From assembly GCA_964588955.1 (NCBI GenBank), contig CAZPQJ010000006.1, forward strand, positions 3,580-67,579: 64,000 nucleotides of DNA, in the 5' to 3' direction. Shown here piece by piece: positions 17,660-26,264 of this stretch. The stretch's first letter is position 1; each line of letters begins with the position of its first letter. The DNA is from an uncultured Gammaproteobacteria bacterium (GTDB lineage Bacteria > Patescibacteriota > Patescibacteriia > UBA9934 > CAMTUG01). A program made the position numbers and the translations under genes. Under the pieces are notes generated by a model that searched no databases, was not told the DNA's origin, and was given only the letters and a program-made list of their open reading frames with translations.

Positions 17660-19669
17660 ATGACCCACACAGCCAATTTTCTCGAAGAGCATGGTGGAAC
17701 TGGCCATCATCACCATGCCCACCATCATCCGCGACGACGTTTGAAGAAACGTCTTGTTGGCGTTTTGCTTGTCGTGCTTATTGTCTATGCGGGCGTGGCC
17801 GCTCTTGGGGCGGGGCGGGTGATTGCCGCTTCGCTGGACGCCAAAGACGCCATGGATCGTGCCATTGTTGCCGCGAAAGATTTGAATTTTCCCGCCGCGA
17901 CAACGGAATTAGACACGGTGTCGCAAGATATTGCTCGAGCGAAACGCGGATTGGTTTGGTTGAGTCCCTTGAAGATTATTCCTTACGTTGGCGATCAGGT
18001 GCGCGCGGCAAGTGACGTATTGTCGGCGAGTGAGCGTTTGATGCCTTCGTTGCAAGACGCGGTGCGTATCGCCGCCGACGTTGTTGAAGTTGTGGCTCGC
18101 GCCCAAGCGTTGACGACCACGCCAACTGACGCGTCGCTGAGTTATCTTTCCATGTCCGACGATTTGCGCCACGACGTGTTGTTGAAGTTGCATCAATCCG
18201 AACCGCAGTTGAAATTGATGCGTACCCGTTTGGCGTTGGCCGAAGCTGATGTGCAGGAACTGGATCAGCTCACCTTATTGGAACCATTGCGCCAAGCGGT
18301 GGAGCCGTTTCGTCAGCTGATTCCGGAACTTTCTTCGGCGGTGCAATTTTTGGTGCCTGTGGCAGAGATTGTTCCAGAGTTCGGGGGGCTCGATACGGTC
18401 AAGCGGTATTTAGTGCTTTTTGAAAATAACACCGAGTTGCGTCCGGGCGGAGGATTTGTCGGCAACTACGTTGGGTCGATGACTATCGCCGACGGGGCGA
18501 TCAAAGGGATCAATACCGAAGACTCGTATTCCATTGACGGCGCGGTTGAAGGGCTGGTTACAACGCCTCCTCCCGCTCCGTTACAAAAATACTTAGGGGT
18601 TAACGCCTGGTATTTCCGTGACGCCAACTGGTCGCCGGATTTTTCGGTGTCGGCGCGACAGTCATTGGCATTGTTGAATGACGAAGAAGGTTTACTCGGT
18701 CGGACGCGGGCCGTTTACGACGGCGTGATTGCTTTAACTCCAACGTTTGCCGCGGACTTGTTAGAGCTTGTGGGTCCTGTTGCGATCGACGGTCAAACCT
18801 TCACTTCAGAAAATATCGCCGACACCTTGGAGTATCAGGTCGAGTTTGGATTCGCAGAACAAGGGTTGCCAAGAGATCAGCGCAAGGAGATTGTGGATCA
18901 GCTTTCGGAAGAGGTGATGAATCGATTGTTTCATTTGCCGCTCAGCGCGTGGCTTTCCGTGAGCGATGTGGCCATGCAAGCGATTGCCGAAAAACAACTG
19001 CTGGTCTACAGCGCCAATACAGATACGGAACAAGCGTTGGTTGATGCTGGTTGGGCGGGGACGCTGGTTGTGAACGAAGGGCATGACTTTTTGTCGGTGG
19101 TTGATGCTAACCTTGCCAGTTTGAAATCCGATCCCGCGGTGGCGCGAACAATCACCTATGGCGTGAAGGAACAAACAGACGGTACGCTTCTGGCCGACGT
19201 GTCCATCGCCTACACGCACAATGGATCTTTCGATTGGAAAACAACGCGTTATCGCACGTACACTCGCGTTTTTGTTCCGCTTGGCAGTACGCTTGTGAGC
19301 GCAGATGGTATGTTGGAAAACGACAAATTGTTGAATCCCTCGCGCAAGCCAGGCGTTGTGGATGTGGCTGATGAATCGGGTTTCACCACCTTCGGCGCTT
19401 TTATTTCGATCGAACCGGGAGACACAGGGGTGCTACACTTTACTTACACGCTCCCCGAGACGCTTAGCCAAACCATCAAACAAGGAACATATCAACTCGA
19501 TGTTGCCAAACAGCCGGGAGCGCAAAATAACAAGTTGACGGTGGCGGTCGATTTTGGTAAACCTCTGACGTCTGCCACGCCTGCGGAAGACCCATCGCAG
19601 TTTGGGAATAGTCAGTATGTGGTCAATACTGTGTTGGATCGAGATCAGCAGTTTATCGTTAGATTCTAG
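17660..19669 (+). CDS. DUF4012 domain protein
   Basis: YLVLFENNTELRPGGGF, RDANWSPDF, DGVIA, NLASLKSD, YRTYTRVFVPLGS. Confidence 0.88.
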   Translation: MTHTANFLEEHGGTGHHHHAHHHPRRRLKKRLVGVLLVVLIVYAGVAALGAGRVIAASLDAKDAMDRAIVAAKDLNFPAATTELDTVSQDIARAKRGLVWLSPLKIIPYVGDQVRAASDVLSASERLMPSLQDAVRIAADVVEVVARAQALTTTPTDASLSYLSMSDDLRHDVLLKLHQSEPQLKLMRTRLALAEADVQELDQLTLLEPLRQAVEPFRQLIPELSSAVQFLVPVAEIVPEFGGLDTVKRYLVLFENNTELRPGGGFVGNYVGSMTIADGAIKGINTEDSYSIDGAVEGLVTTPPPAPLQKYLGVNAWYFRDANWSPDFSVSARQSLALLNDEEGLLGRTRAVYDGVIALTPTFAADLLELVGPVAIDGQTFTSENIADTLEYQVEFGFAEQGLPRDQRKEIVDQLSEEVMNRLFHLPLSAWLSVSDVAMQAIAEKQLLVYSANTDTEQALVDAGWAGTLVVNEGHDFLSVVDANLASLKSDPAVARTITYGVKEQTDGTLLADVSIAYTHNGSFDWKTTRYRTYTRVFVPLGSTLVSADGMLENDKLLNPSRKPGVVDVADESGFTTFGAFISIEPGDTGVLHFTYTLPETLSQTIKQGTYQLDVAKQPGAQNNKLTVAVDFGKPLTSATPAEDPSQFGNSQYVVNTVLDRDQQFIVRF

Positions 19670-19672
19670 CGT

Positions 19673-20677
19673 ATGTTCTCAAAAAAAATTGCCATCGACT
19701 TAGGCACCACCACGGTCCTCGTTTACATGCCCAAACGAGGCATTATTATCCATGAGCCAAGCGTGGTGGCTATTTCGACGATTGATAAAAAAGTTTTGGC
19801 GGTGGGCAAAGAGGCCAAAGATATGCTCGGCCGCACGCCAGACACGATCGTTGCCAAGCGTCCGCTCAAAGACGGCGTGATCGCTGATTATCGCACCACC
19901 GAAGCCATGCTGCGCTATTTTATTAACAAGGCGCTCGGCGGCATTCGTTTGTTGCGTCCAGAAGTGATGGTGGCCGTGCCGGGTGGGATTACTTCCACCG
20001 AACGTCGCGCGGTGATTGATGCCACGGTGGCAGCGGGAGCTAAAGCGGCTTATATTATTAAAGAGCCAATTGTGGCGGCGATCGGCGCCAACATTCCCAT
20101 TGGTTCGCCGTCGGGGCACATGGTAGTAGACATTGGCGGAGGAACGGCAGAGATGGCGGTGCTATCTTTGGGAGGTATTGTCTCCTCGGCTTCGGTGCGT
20201 ATTGGTGGAGTCAAAATCGACGCGGCCATTCAGGAATTTATTCGTCGCAAATACGGCTTGGCCATTGGCGAGCGCACCAGCGAGGAAATCAAAATTCAAA
20301 TCGGTTCGGCCATGTATATGGCCGACAAGTTGACGATGGAAATTAAAGGCCGCGACATGGTGACGGGCTTGCCGAAGTTTTTAGAAGTGACTTCCGACGA
20401 CGTGACCGAAGCGATTCAAAATGAACTAGAAGGAATTGTGGCCACGGTGAAAGAAGTGCTTCATAAAACCCCGCCAGAACTATCTGCCGATGTGATGGAG
20501 AAGGGGATCGTGCTGACAGGCGGTTCCTCGCAGCTGCGTAATTTGGATCAATTGATCGCTGAAGCCACGGGGGTGCCGACCTATGTGGCCGATGAGCCGC
20601 AAATGTGCGTGGCCAAAGGAACGGGAATTGCTCTTGAAAACCTTGAGGCCTACAAACGCAGCATTTTTAGTAGTTAA
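19673..20677 (+). CDS. mreB: Rod shape-determining protein MreB/Mbl
   Basis: IAIDLGT, EPSVVA, RPLKDGVIAD, VDIGGGT, GIVLTGG. Confidence 0.96.
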   Translation: MFSKKIAIDLGTTTVLVYMPKRGIIIHEPSVVAISTIDKKVLAVGKEAKDMLGRTPDTIVAKRPLKDGVIADYRTTEAMLRYFINKALGGIRLLRPEVMVAVPGGITSTERRAVIDATVAAGAKAAYIIKEPIVAAIGANIPIGSPSGHMVVDIGGGTAEMAVLSLGGIVSSASVRIGGVKIDAAIQEFIRRKYGLAIGERTSEEIKIQIGSAMYMADKLTMEIKGRDMVTGLPKFLEVTSDDVTEAIQNELEGIVATVKEVLHKTPPELSADVMEKGIVLTGGSSQLRNLDQLIAEATGVPTYVADEPQMCVAKGTGIALENLEAYKRSIFSS

Positions 20678-20807
20678 ATTCGAAATTCTAAATCACAAAT
20701 CCGAAACAATAGGAAAATCCTAATCGGAAAAGGTGAAAACAGTTTGTGGATTTCTTTTTTAGATTTTAGAATTTGTTTGGTACTTCGGATTTAGAATTTA
20801 GTATTTA
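20678..20807. repeat. Heptamer hairpin element; left arm of a 106-bp inverted repeat
   Basis: 20702-20807 is the reverse complement of 21964-22069 with 3 mismatches. Confidence 0.9.
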
Positions 20808-21958
20808 TGAAAACGTACGGCATTGACGCCAATCCGGCGGCGCGCAGCGAGCGCACCGGCACGGAACAATACGCCTTCAATCTGATTGAAGCGATGAAAC
20901 AAATACCGCTTGCCGATGGCGAGCGGGTTGTTTTGTATTCCGCGCAGACGCTGACGGGAGAGTTGGCGGAGATGCCGCAAGGCTGGTCGTCGCACGTGTT
21001 GGGTTGGCCAATCAAGCGTTTGTGGACTCAAGGACGATTGAGTTGGGAAATGTGGCGTCGAGCGCCAGACGTGTTGTTTGTGCCGGCGCATGTCGTGCCG
21101 AAGGTGCATCCCAAGCGGACGGTCACAACAGTGCACGATGTCGGTTTTCATCGCTATCCGTCTTTGTACACAACAAAAGCTCGCCGTTATCTTGAAGCGT
21201 CGACGAAGTTTGCCATTAAAACCTGCGCGGCGATTCTCACCCCGTCGGCCTTTACCAAACAAGAATTAGTCGAGCTGTATCACGCCAAGGCAGAAAAGAT
21301 CTTTGTGACTCCGCTGGCTCCGGGGAGTGTTTTCGTTCAAGCGCGTTCCGATCGAAGCGGGGACGTGTTGCAAGAGAACTTGCTTCCTCACGAAGCGCCA
21401 CCGTCGGCCGCTTACGGCGGCCACTACTTTTTGACCGTCAGCCGTATGGAGGCCAAAAAAAATATCGCCACATTGATTCGCGCGTTTGAAATGTTTAAAG
21501 AGCGCCGGGGGATTGGTGATCCGTTTCAATTGCTTCTGGTCGGTAAACCGGGATTTGGATTTGAGCAGATTCGTTTGCTGATCGATCGCTCGCCGTTTAA
21601 AGATGCTATTCGTTTGTTGGGATTTGTCGATGACGCGCCGTTGCTTGCGCTCATGCGTGGAGCGACGGCGTATGTGTATCCATCGTGGTACGAGGGATTG
21701 GGGATTTCGGCGATCGAGGCGCTGTCTGTTGGTACGCCGTTGATTGCCTCGAACATTCCCGCCTTGCGCGAAGCGGCGGAGGACGCGGCGTTGTATTTCG
21801 CGCCGTCCTCACCAGAAGAGTTGTCGGCACGATTGCGCCAAGCGGCCGACGGTGATGGCGTAGAAGTGATGCGTCAAAAAGGATTGGCGCGAGCGGCGGC
21901 GTTTGATTGGAATAAAACGGCGGAAGCCACCTGGAGCGTTTTGCGAGAACCTATTTAG
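20807..21958 (+). CDS. Glycosyltransferase family 4 (GT-B)
   Basis: RTGTEQY, VTTVHD, KKNIATLI, YPSWYEGLGISAIEA..GTPLIASN. Confidence 0.92.
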   Translation: MKTYGIDANPAARSERTGTEQYAFNLIEAMKQIPLADGERVVLYSAQTLTGELAEMPQGWSSHVLGWPIKRLWTQGRLSWEMWRRAPDVLFVPAHVVPKVHPKRTVTTVHDVGFHRYPSLYTTKARRYLEASTKFAIKTCAAILTPSAFTKQELVELYHAKAEKIFVTPLAPGSVFVQARSDRSGDVLQENLLPHEAPPSAAYGGHYFLTVSRMEAKKNIATLIRAFEMFKERRGIGDPFQLLLVGKPGFGFEQIRLLIDRSPFKDAIRLLGFVDDAPLLALMRGATAYVYPSWYEGLGISAIEALSVGTPLIASNIPALREAAEDAALYFAPSSPEELSARLRQAADGDGVEVMRQKGLARAAAFDWNKTAEATWSVLREPI

Positions 21959-21963
21959 CGCAT

Positions 21964-22097
21964 TAAATACTAAATTCTAAATCCGAAGTACCAAACAAAT
22001 TCTAAAATCTAAAAAAGAAATCCACAAACTGTTTTCACTTTTTCCGATTAGGATTTCCCGATTGTTTCGTATTTCGTATTTAGATTTTAGAATTTAA
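21964..22097. repeat. Heptamer hairpin element; right arm of the 106-bp inverted repeat
   Basis: Reverse complement of 20702-20807 (3 mismatches), plus extra ttcgtat/ttagatt units. Confidence 0.9.
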
Positions 22098-22129
22098 ATT
22101 TCCCCCCTCGTCTGTTATACTAAAACTCT

Positions 22130-22900
22130 ATGGATCACTTGTCCCGTGAGCTCATCCATTTGGGGCTCTCTGAAAAAGAAGCGGCGGTGTACACGGCCGC
22201 GCTGCAGCTTGGACCCGCCCCGGTGCAAGACATTGCCGAGCTCTCGCAAGTGAATCGCGCCACCACCTACGTGATGATCGAGATGTTGGAGAAGCGCGGG
22301 CTCATTTCTAGCAGTCAAAAAGACAACAAACGCATTTTTATTGCCGAAGCGCCGGAACGCTTGCTCTCCCTTTTGCGCGTACAGAAAAAAGAGTTGGAGG
22401 AACAGGAACAAGAGTTGGTGCAATTGCTGCCCAAGTTGAATGCCTTGTTTAACCGTGCTGGTGAAAAACCGGAAGTGCGCTATTTGGAAGGTCCGGAAGG
22501 ATTAGAAATGTTGCGCCGTGGGTTTGAAGGGCTGGAAGGGGAGACGGTGCAGATGATCGGCTATGATGCGTTTGTGAAAAGCATGGCCTTTGACGAAACG
22601 GTGCAGCACCGCGAAACACTGAAGAAAAAAGAAGCGCCGATTCGCGCTTTGCTAATTACCGAACGCTCGCGTGAAGAATTAGCGCCGCAGTTTTTGGAAA
22701 CGCTTGGCGCGGGATTTGATTTTCGCTTGGTGCCACCGAGTACCTTTCCGTTTTCTGTGCAAGGCGAAGTAACCGTGCGTGCCGATAAAATTGATTTGTT
22801 TACCTACGCCGCCACGCCACTAGCCATTGAAATCCGTTCGTCCATGTTGGCCGATGTCCTGCGCGCGTTGTTTGAAGTGGCTTGGATGGGAGTGAAATAG
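22130..22900 (+). CDS. TrmB-family transcriptional regulator
   Basis: LGLSEKEAAVY..LQLGPAPVQDIA..VNRATTY; PEVRYLEGPEG. Confidence 0.88.
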   Translation: MDHLSRELIHLGLSEKEAAVYTAALQLGPAPVQDIAELSQVNRATTYVMIEMLEKRGLISSSQKDNKRIFIAEAPERLLSLLRVQKKELEEQEQELVQLLPKLNALFNRAGEKPEVRYLEGPEGLEMLRRGFEGLEGETVQMIGYDAFVKSMAFDETVQHRETLKKKEAPIRALLITERSREELAPQFLETLGAGFDFRLVPPSTFPFSVQGEVTVRADKIDLFTYAATPLAIEIRSSMLADVLRALFEVAWMGVK

Positions 22901-22926
22901 CTCGCTTTTTTATGCGTTCTGAAATA

Positions 22927-22960
22927 CAAAAATCTCTGCTGGGGAGAACAGAGATTTTTG
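22927..22960. terminator. Bidirectional terminator closing the trmB gene and the minus-strand ORF array
   Basis: caaaaatctctg-ctggggagaa-cagagatttttg. Confidence 0.8.
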
Positions 22961-23055
22961 TTGTCTTAGAGACCATGAGTCAAATCGTAATTGTCTAACT
23001 CACGGCCTCAGTTGATGCTGGTGGGAGAGTGTCCCATCCGGCGGTCGGAAGGCGT

Positions 23056-23274
23056 TCAACGGCCTTGGTGTTTTCGTTCCAAGTAGCCGTCCGCGTAGAT
23101 CACCACCAGGTCAAGCGTTTGGCAGGTCTTCTGCCAAAACGACTGGTCGGGTTTTTTCCACGCGGCACGGACGAGGCTCACGAAGAGCGCGATCCGACTC
23201 GGGTACTTTCCCGGTACGAACACTTCATGATGTGTGTACTCGGGGTTCTCGGCGAGAGGTATCTCTTTTTTCAT
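23056..23274 (-). CDS. Array ORF7, hypothetical 72 aa
   Basis: SD aagagga 3 nt before ATG; co-oriented with the array. Confidence 0.6.
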   Translation of the reverse strand: MKKEIPLAENPEYTHHEVFVPGKYPSRIALFVSLVRAAWKKPDQSFWQKTCQTLDLVVIYADGYLERKHQGR

Positions 23275-23291
23275 TTGTCCTCTTGGGTGTT

Positions 23292-23435
23292 TCAGAGCAC
23301 CCGATCGGCCAGGCTGATCAGCAGGGCGATGGTGAAGCCGAGACCAAGGAACCTCGGCCAGCGGCGAGGCTTCTGATCCTCAACCTCCACGGGGTGGTTA
23401 AAGTGAGGGACTTTCACGTACCGAACGCGATCCAT
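23292..23435 (-). CDS. Array ORF6, 47-aa peptide with C-terminal hydrophobic helix (not in ORF track)
   Basis: MDRVRYVKVPHFNHPVEVEDQKPRRWPRFLGLGFTIALLISLADRVL; follows spacer B. Confidence 0.5.
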   Translation of the reverse strand: MDRVRYVKVPHFNHPVEVEDQKPRRWPRFLGLGFTIALLISLADRVL

Positions 23436-23589
23436 GAGATTTCTCGTGGTTGAGGGAGATATGCTTCGTCCCGAACGATTCGAGCTTCCGCGAAAGAAGT
23501 GGCGATGGTGTCGTCAGTTCTTTTGCGGAGGGGATCGATGTTCTCGATCCCCGCCATGACCGTCAGCTCGGCCGAGACGTCTTGCTGAA
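23436..23589 (-). other. Structured spacer B (three hairpins)
   Basis: P1 23530-23552; P2 ccgc..gcgg 23488-23528; P3 ctcgaa-tcg-ttcggg 23470-23484; homologous to spacer A. Confidence 0.65.
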
Positions 23590-23979
23590 TTAGAACGGAT
23601 CCCGGGGGAGCCTGCAACGGTCCTCGAAGAACCTTGCCGTCTTCCCGTACTCGAACGGATTTGTACGCAGGGCGCACAGAATCCGCTGGAAGACCATCCA
23701 TTTGGTCTCCGGGACCCAAATCTCCCATTCCTGGTTCCACAGGATGAGCCTACAGGGGATCCGCAGTTCATCCGCGTACTGAACCAGATAGTGCCACTGC
23801 ACTTCATGCTGTGCGAATTCCCGACCATCTCGGGTCGGGCGGACGTCGCCACCGCGCGCCGCTTGCGCACGGGTCTCCTGTTGGAGCCTCGTTGTGGCGA
23901 ACTCGACGCTGTCCCCCTTCTTGAAAGGGGTGACGAGCTCCTTGATCCAGTTCGGGGCATCGAAAAGAGGGTGGGCCAT
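23590..23979 (-). CDS. Array ORF5, hypothetical 129 aa (MAHPLFD...)
   Basis: SD aggag 6 nt before ATG 23979. Confidence 0.65.
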   Translation of the reverse strand: MAHPLFDAPNWIKELVTPFKKGDSVEFATTRLQQETRAQAARGGDVRPTRDGREFAQHEVQWHYLVQYADELRIPCRLILWNQEWEIWVPETKWMVFQRILCALRTNPFEYGKTARFFEDRCRLPRDPF

Positions 23980-24199
23980 GTCAGACTCCTGTGGGGGGAG
24001 AGGTGCTTCCGCTCGAAGGGTTCGAGTTTCCGCGAATGAAGCGACGATCTGTGGGGTGAGATCTTCGACTCGTTCGCGGTGAGGTCTATCAGAATTGATG
24101 GACCTCACGTTGAGACGTTGGATGACGCAAGGGAGTTTTCACTGCTACCTCACTCATCCGCGAAATCCGCATTTTTACCGGTTGCGGTTCCGGAGCCTT
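23980..24199 (-). other. Structured spacer A (three hairpins)
   Basis: P1 24079-24108; P2 ccgcgaa..ttcgcgg 24030-24079; P3 ctcgaa-ccc-ttcgag 24012-24026. Confidence 0.65.
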
Positions 24200-24952
24200 T
24201 CAGGCGGCGAGGCGGGCGAGTTCGGCCGCGATGACCCGCTTGACCTCGTTGGCGCGCGGGTGGCGCTCGACCATGGCCTTCAGGTCCTTGCTGGTCGCCG
24301 GCAGGGTGGCGCCCAGCTGGTGCCCCTTGGCCTTGACGGCCATGAACACCTGGGACACCTGGTGGCGGTTGCTGAGGCGCGTCCAGGCGACCTCGACCTG
24401 TGTCGTCAGGGGCTCGACGACCGCCTCCTCGATGATGAAGTCGGCGTCGTTGGGCACCGGCGCGCACATGGCGATCGGCGCCTCGACCTCGAGGTCGGCC
24501 ACGGTCGGCTGGCGCTTGAGGACGTTGAGCCCGAGCTTGCGCTCGCAGGTGATCCGCAGGTTGCGGATCGACCGCTCGGCCTTGGGGTCGGTGCCGCTGG
24601 CCTTGAGGAGCCAGACGGCCACGCGACCCTTGCCGATGAACTCGAGCCCGAGGACGTCGCGGCGGATCGCCACGACCCAGGTGGGGTTCCGCCTCCCCGA
24701 CGCCATGGCGCCGAGGATCTGGAAGCCGTCGCCCATGACGGCGGCCATCCAGGGGCGGTTCGAGAACTCGCTCTCGATCACCATCCCCGGCGCCTTCTGC
24801 TCGGCGTCGAACTCCCGCAGGGCGAGCTCACGCCGTCGGTCGGCCACGAAGGCCTCCTTGGCCCGCTCCGTGGCCATCGGGTTCGTGCGGACGAACCGGC
24901 TGAGGGCGGCGGCGAGGGACGGGGTGAGGGACTTGATGATGCTGGAACGCAC
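24200..24952 (-). CDS. Array ORF4, hypothetical 250 aa
   Basis: GTG start with SD aggag; strong G/C bias at third codon positions. Confidence 0.7.
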   Translation of the reverse strand: MRSSIIKSLTPSLAAALSRFVRTNPMATERAKEAFVADRRRELALREFDAEQKAPGMVIESEFSNRPWMAAVMGDGFQILGAMASGRRNPTWVVAIRRDVLGLEFIGKGRVAVWLLKASGTDPKAERSIRNLRITCERKLGLNVLKRQPTVADLEVEAPIAMCAPVPNDADFIIEEAVVEPLTTQVEVAWTRLSNRHQVSQVFMAVKAKGHQLGATLPATSKDLKAMVERHPRANEVKRVIAAELARLAA

Positions 24953-25092
24953 GGGGGACTCCTGGATGGGGGGGCTTTGGTGTCTATGTCCGGACCTACA
25001 GATTGCTTTCCGGATCTTAGTACCGAATCACGTGTTCATAATTCGATCCTTAGATGCGGAGGGGACCGAGTGCCAGTCCCCTCGAAGCGCGT
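24953..25092 (-). other. Structured spacer C
   Basis: gaggggact..ggtcccctc hairpin, then a long ccg..cgg hairpin followed by aaa; shares cccctccgc with spacer B. Confidence 0.55.
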
Positions 25093-25281
25093 TCAAAAGC
25101 CGGGGCGGTGGGAAGCCCGAGCGATCTCCTGGCGGCGAACCGCCTCGGAGAACTCCCGGCTTCCTACGTGTCGCCGACCAAGGAGATCTTGGATCTCCCG
25201 ATCGGCGACACGCTCATCCCGCGATCCTCTTCCGGCTCGATCGAGCCGGTCGAGAATCGTGTTCTCGATGTTCCAATTCAT
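25093..25281 (-). CDS. Array ORF3, hypothetical 62 aa (MNWNIENT...)
   Basis: SD ggagg 4 nt before ATG. Confidence 0.6.
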   Translation of the reverse strand: MNWNIENTILDRLDRAGRGSRDERVADREIQDLLGRRHVGSREFSEAVRRQEIARASHRPGF

Positions 25282-25413
25282 GGTCCCTCCGGGATCGGTG
25301 ATTGAGGAGCGAAATTGCTGCCTCACCGAATGACACAATCTTTTGGATTCTGTCTTTTGGTGAAGGGCAGCGCGTTGAGTTCGCGCCGCCCGACGAAGGT
25401 CAGGCCCTGGGTC
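25282..25413 (-). repeat. Structured spacer D (paralog of E)
   Basis: gggcggcgcg..cgcgctgccc, then tcaccaaaagacagaatc..gattgtgtcattcggtga, then tcaatcaccgatcccggagggaccATG. Confidence 0.75.
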
Positions 25414-25536
25414 CTACCAACCCTTGGGAGGCTTCACGAGAAGCCTCCACAGGATGATTGCGAGTGCCGTCGCGATCGCGAAGTCCAGGAACGGGGAGCA
25501 GAAGCTCCCCCAAAAGATATCGTAAATCGTCTGCAT
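25414..25536 (-). CDS. Array ORF2, 40-aa single-TM peptide
   Basis: MQTIYDIFWGSFCSPFLDFAIATALAIILWRLLVKPPKGW; SD ggagg. Confidence 0.6.
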   Translation of the reverse strand: MQTIYDIFWGSFCSPFLDFAIATALAIILWRLLVKPPKGW

Positions 25537-25661
25537 GATCCCTCCAGGATCTGTGGTTGAGAGAGCTGAAGTGCTCCTCACCAAATGACAGAATCGTTTT
25601 TGATTATGTTCTTTGGTGAGGGGCGGCTGTGAAGCAGCCGCCTCAGAGAGTCGGGGACCGA
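25537..25661 (-). repeat. Structured spacer E (paralog of D)
   Basis: ggcggctg..cagccgcc, then tcaccaaagaacataatc..gattctgtcatttggtga, then tcaaccacagatcctggagggatcATG. Confidence 0.75.
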
Positions 25662-25868
25662 TCAGGCCGCGCGGCTCGTCGATCGGGATTTGTACGGCGC
25701 GAACGGTCGCGCCGACTGGGTCGCCACGGTCGGCCGGTGGCGGGTTGTCGGCATCGGCGCATTGCGCACGATGCCGATGATGTACGCGACGAGGCCGAGC
25801 CCCACCGCGGTGAACAGGACAGCGACCAGGCCGTCCCCAAAAGCCGACATCCATTGCTGGACTTCCAT
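25662..25868 (-). CDS. Array ORF1, 68-aa single-TM protein
   Basis: gggggt SD-like motif; TM LVAVLFTAVGLGLVAYIIGIV; basic tail. Confidence 0.6.
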   Translation of the reverse strand: MEVQQWMSAFGDGLVAVLFTAVGLGLVAYIIGIVRNAPMPTTRHRPTVATQSARPFAPYKSRSTSRAA

Positions 25869-26260
25869 TCGATACCCCCGAAGGAGTTCTACTGAGCGAA
25901 GGGATTCCGCTCATGCATCTGGAGGGTAGGGCCTCAGTGACCTGCCCGAAGGCTGGTGTGGGGCATGACCGACGAGGGTGTAATGAGTGAGCGAGGCCCA
26001 GTCATTACATTCGCCGATCGATCCTCCTTCGCTCTTTGCAGAGCTTCGGAAGGACTTACTCTCTCCTCCATGTGCATGAACGCAAAACCGCTTGTCTGCC
26101 TTGATCTGTTCTAGAGAGATCAAGTCAAACAAGCGGTAACGAACGGGCACTTGGCTTACCTAAAGATAGATAGCCGTAGCCGTTCGTGTTGACTCTCTCC
26201 CCAGAGAATATATTCAGTTTTGAAGCCGCGTTGATGAGCTCGTAACTCATCTTCGCGAGG
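25869..26260 (-). ncRNA. Putative ~390-nt highly structured leader / ncRNA
   Basis: Consecutive hairpins between the promoter and ORF1; no convincing ORF. Confidence 0.55.
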
Positions 26261-26264
26261 GATT

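Noticed and set aside
21330-21425. Possible palindromic insertion inside the GT4 gene
   Set aside because: Small hairpins fall in the naturally variable GT-B interdomain linker; cannot be supported without an alignment.
23505-23520. CUGACGA hammerhead-like core in spacer B
   Set aside because: No stem II + GAAA in register, and the motif is absent from homologous spacer A.
24095-25333. Long plus-strand ORFs (412 and 356 aa)
   Set aside because: Antisense shadows of GC-rich minus-strand genes, which carry the SDs and codon bias.
23436-25661. Spacers as integron attC sites or CRISPR repeats
   Set aside because: No consistent RYYYAAC...GTTRRRY boxes and no intI; repeats are neither identical nor regularly spaced, and no cas genes are present.
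26040-26075. Minus-strand gagagagtaagtcc resembling the RNase P RNA GAGGAAAGUCC motif
   Set aside because: Imperfect match and no complementary 3' P4 strand (ACAGAA..CGGCUUA) found; cmscan would settle it.
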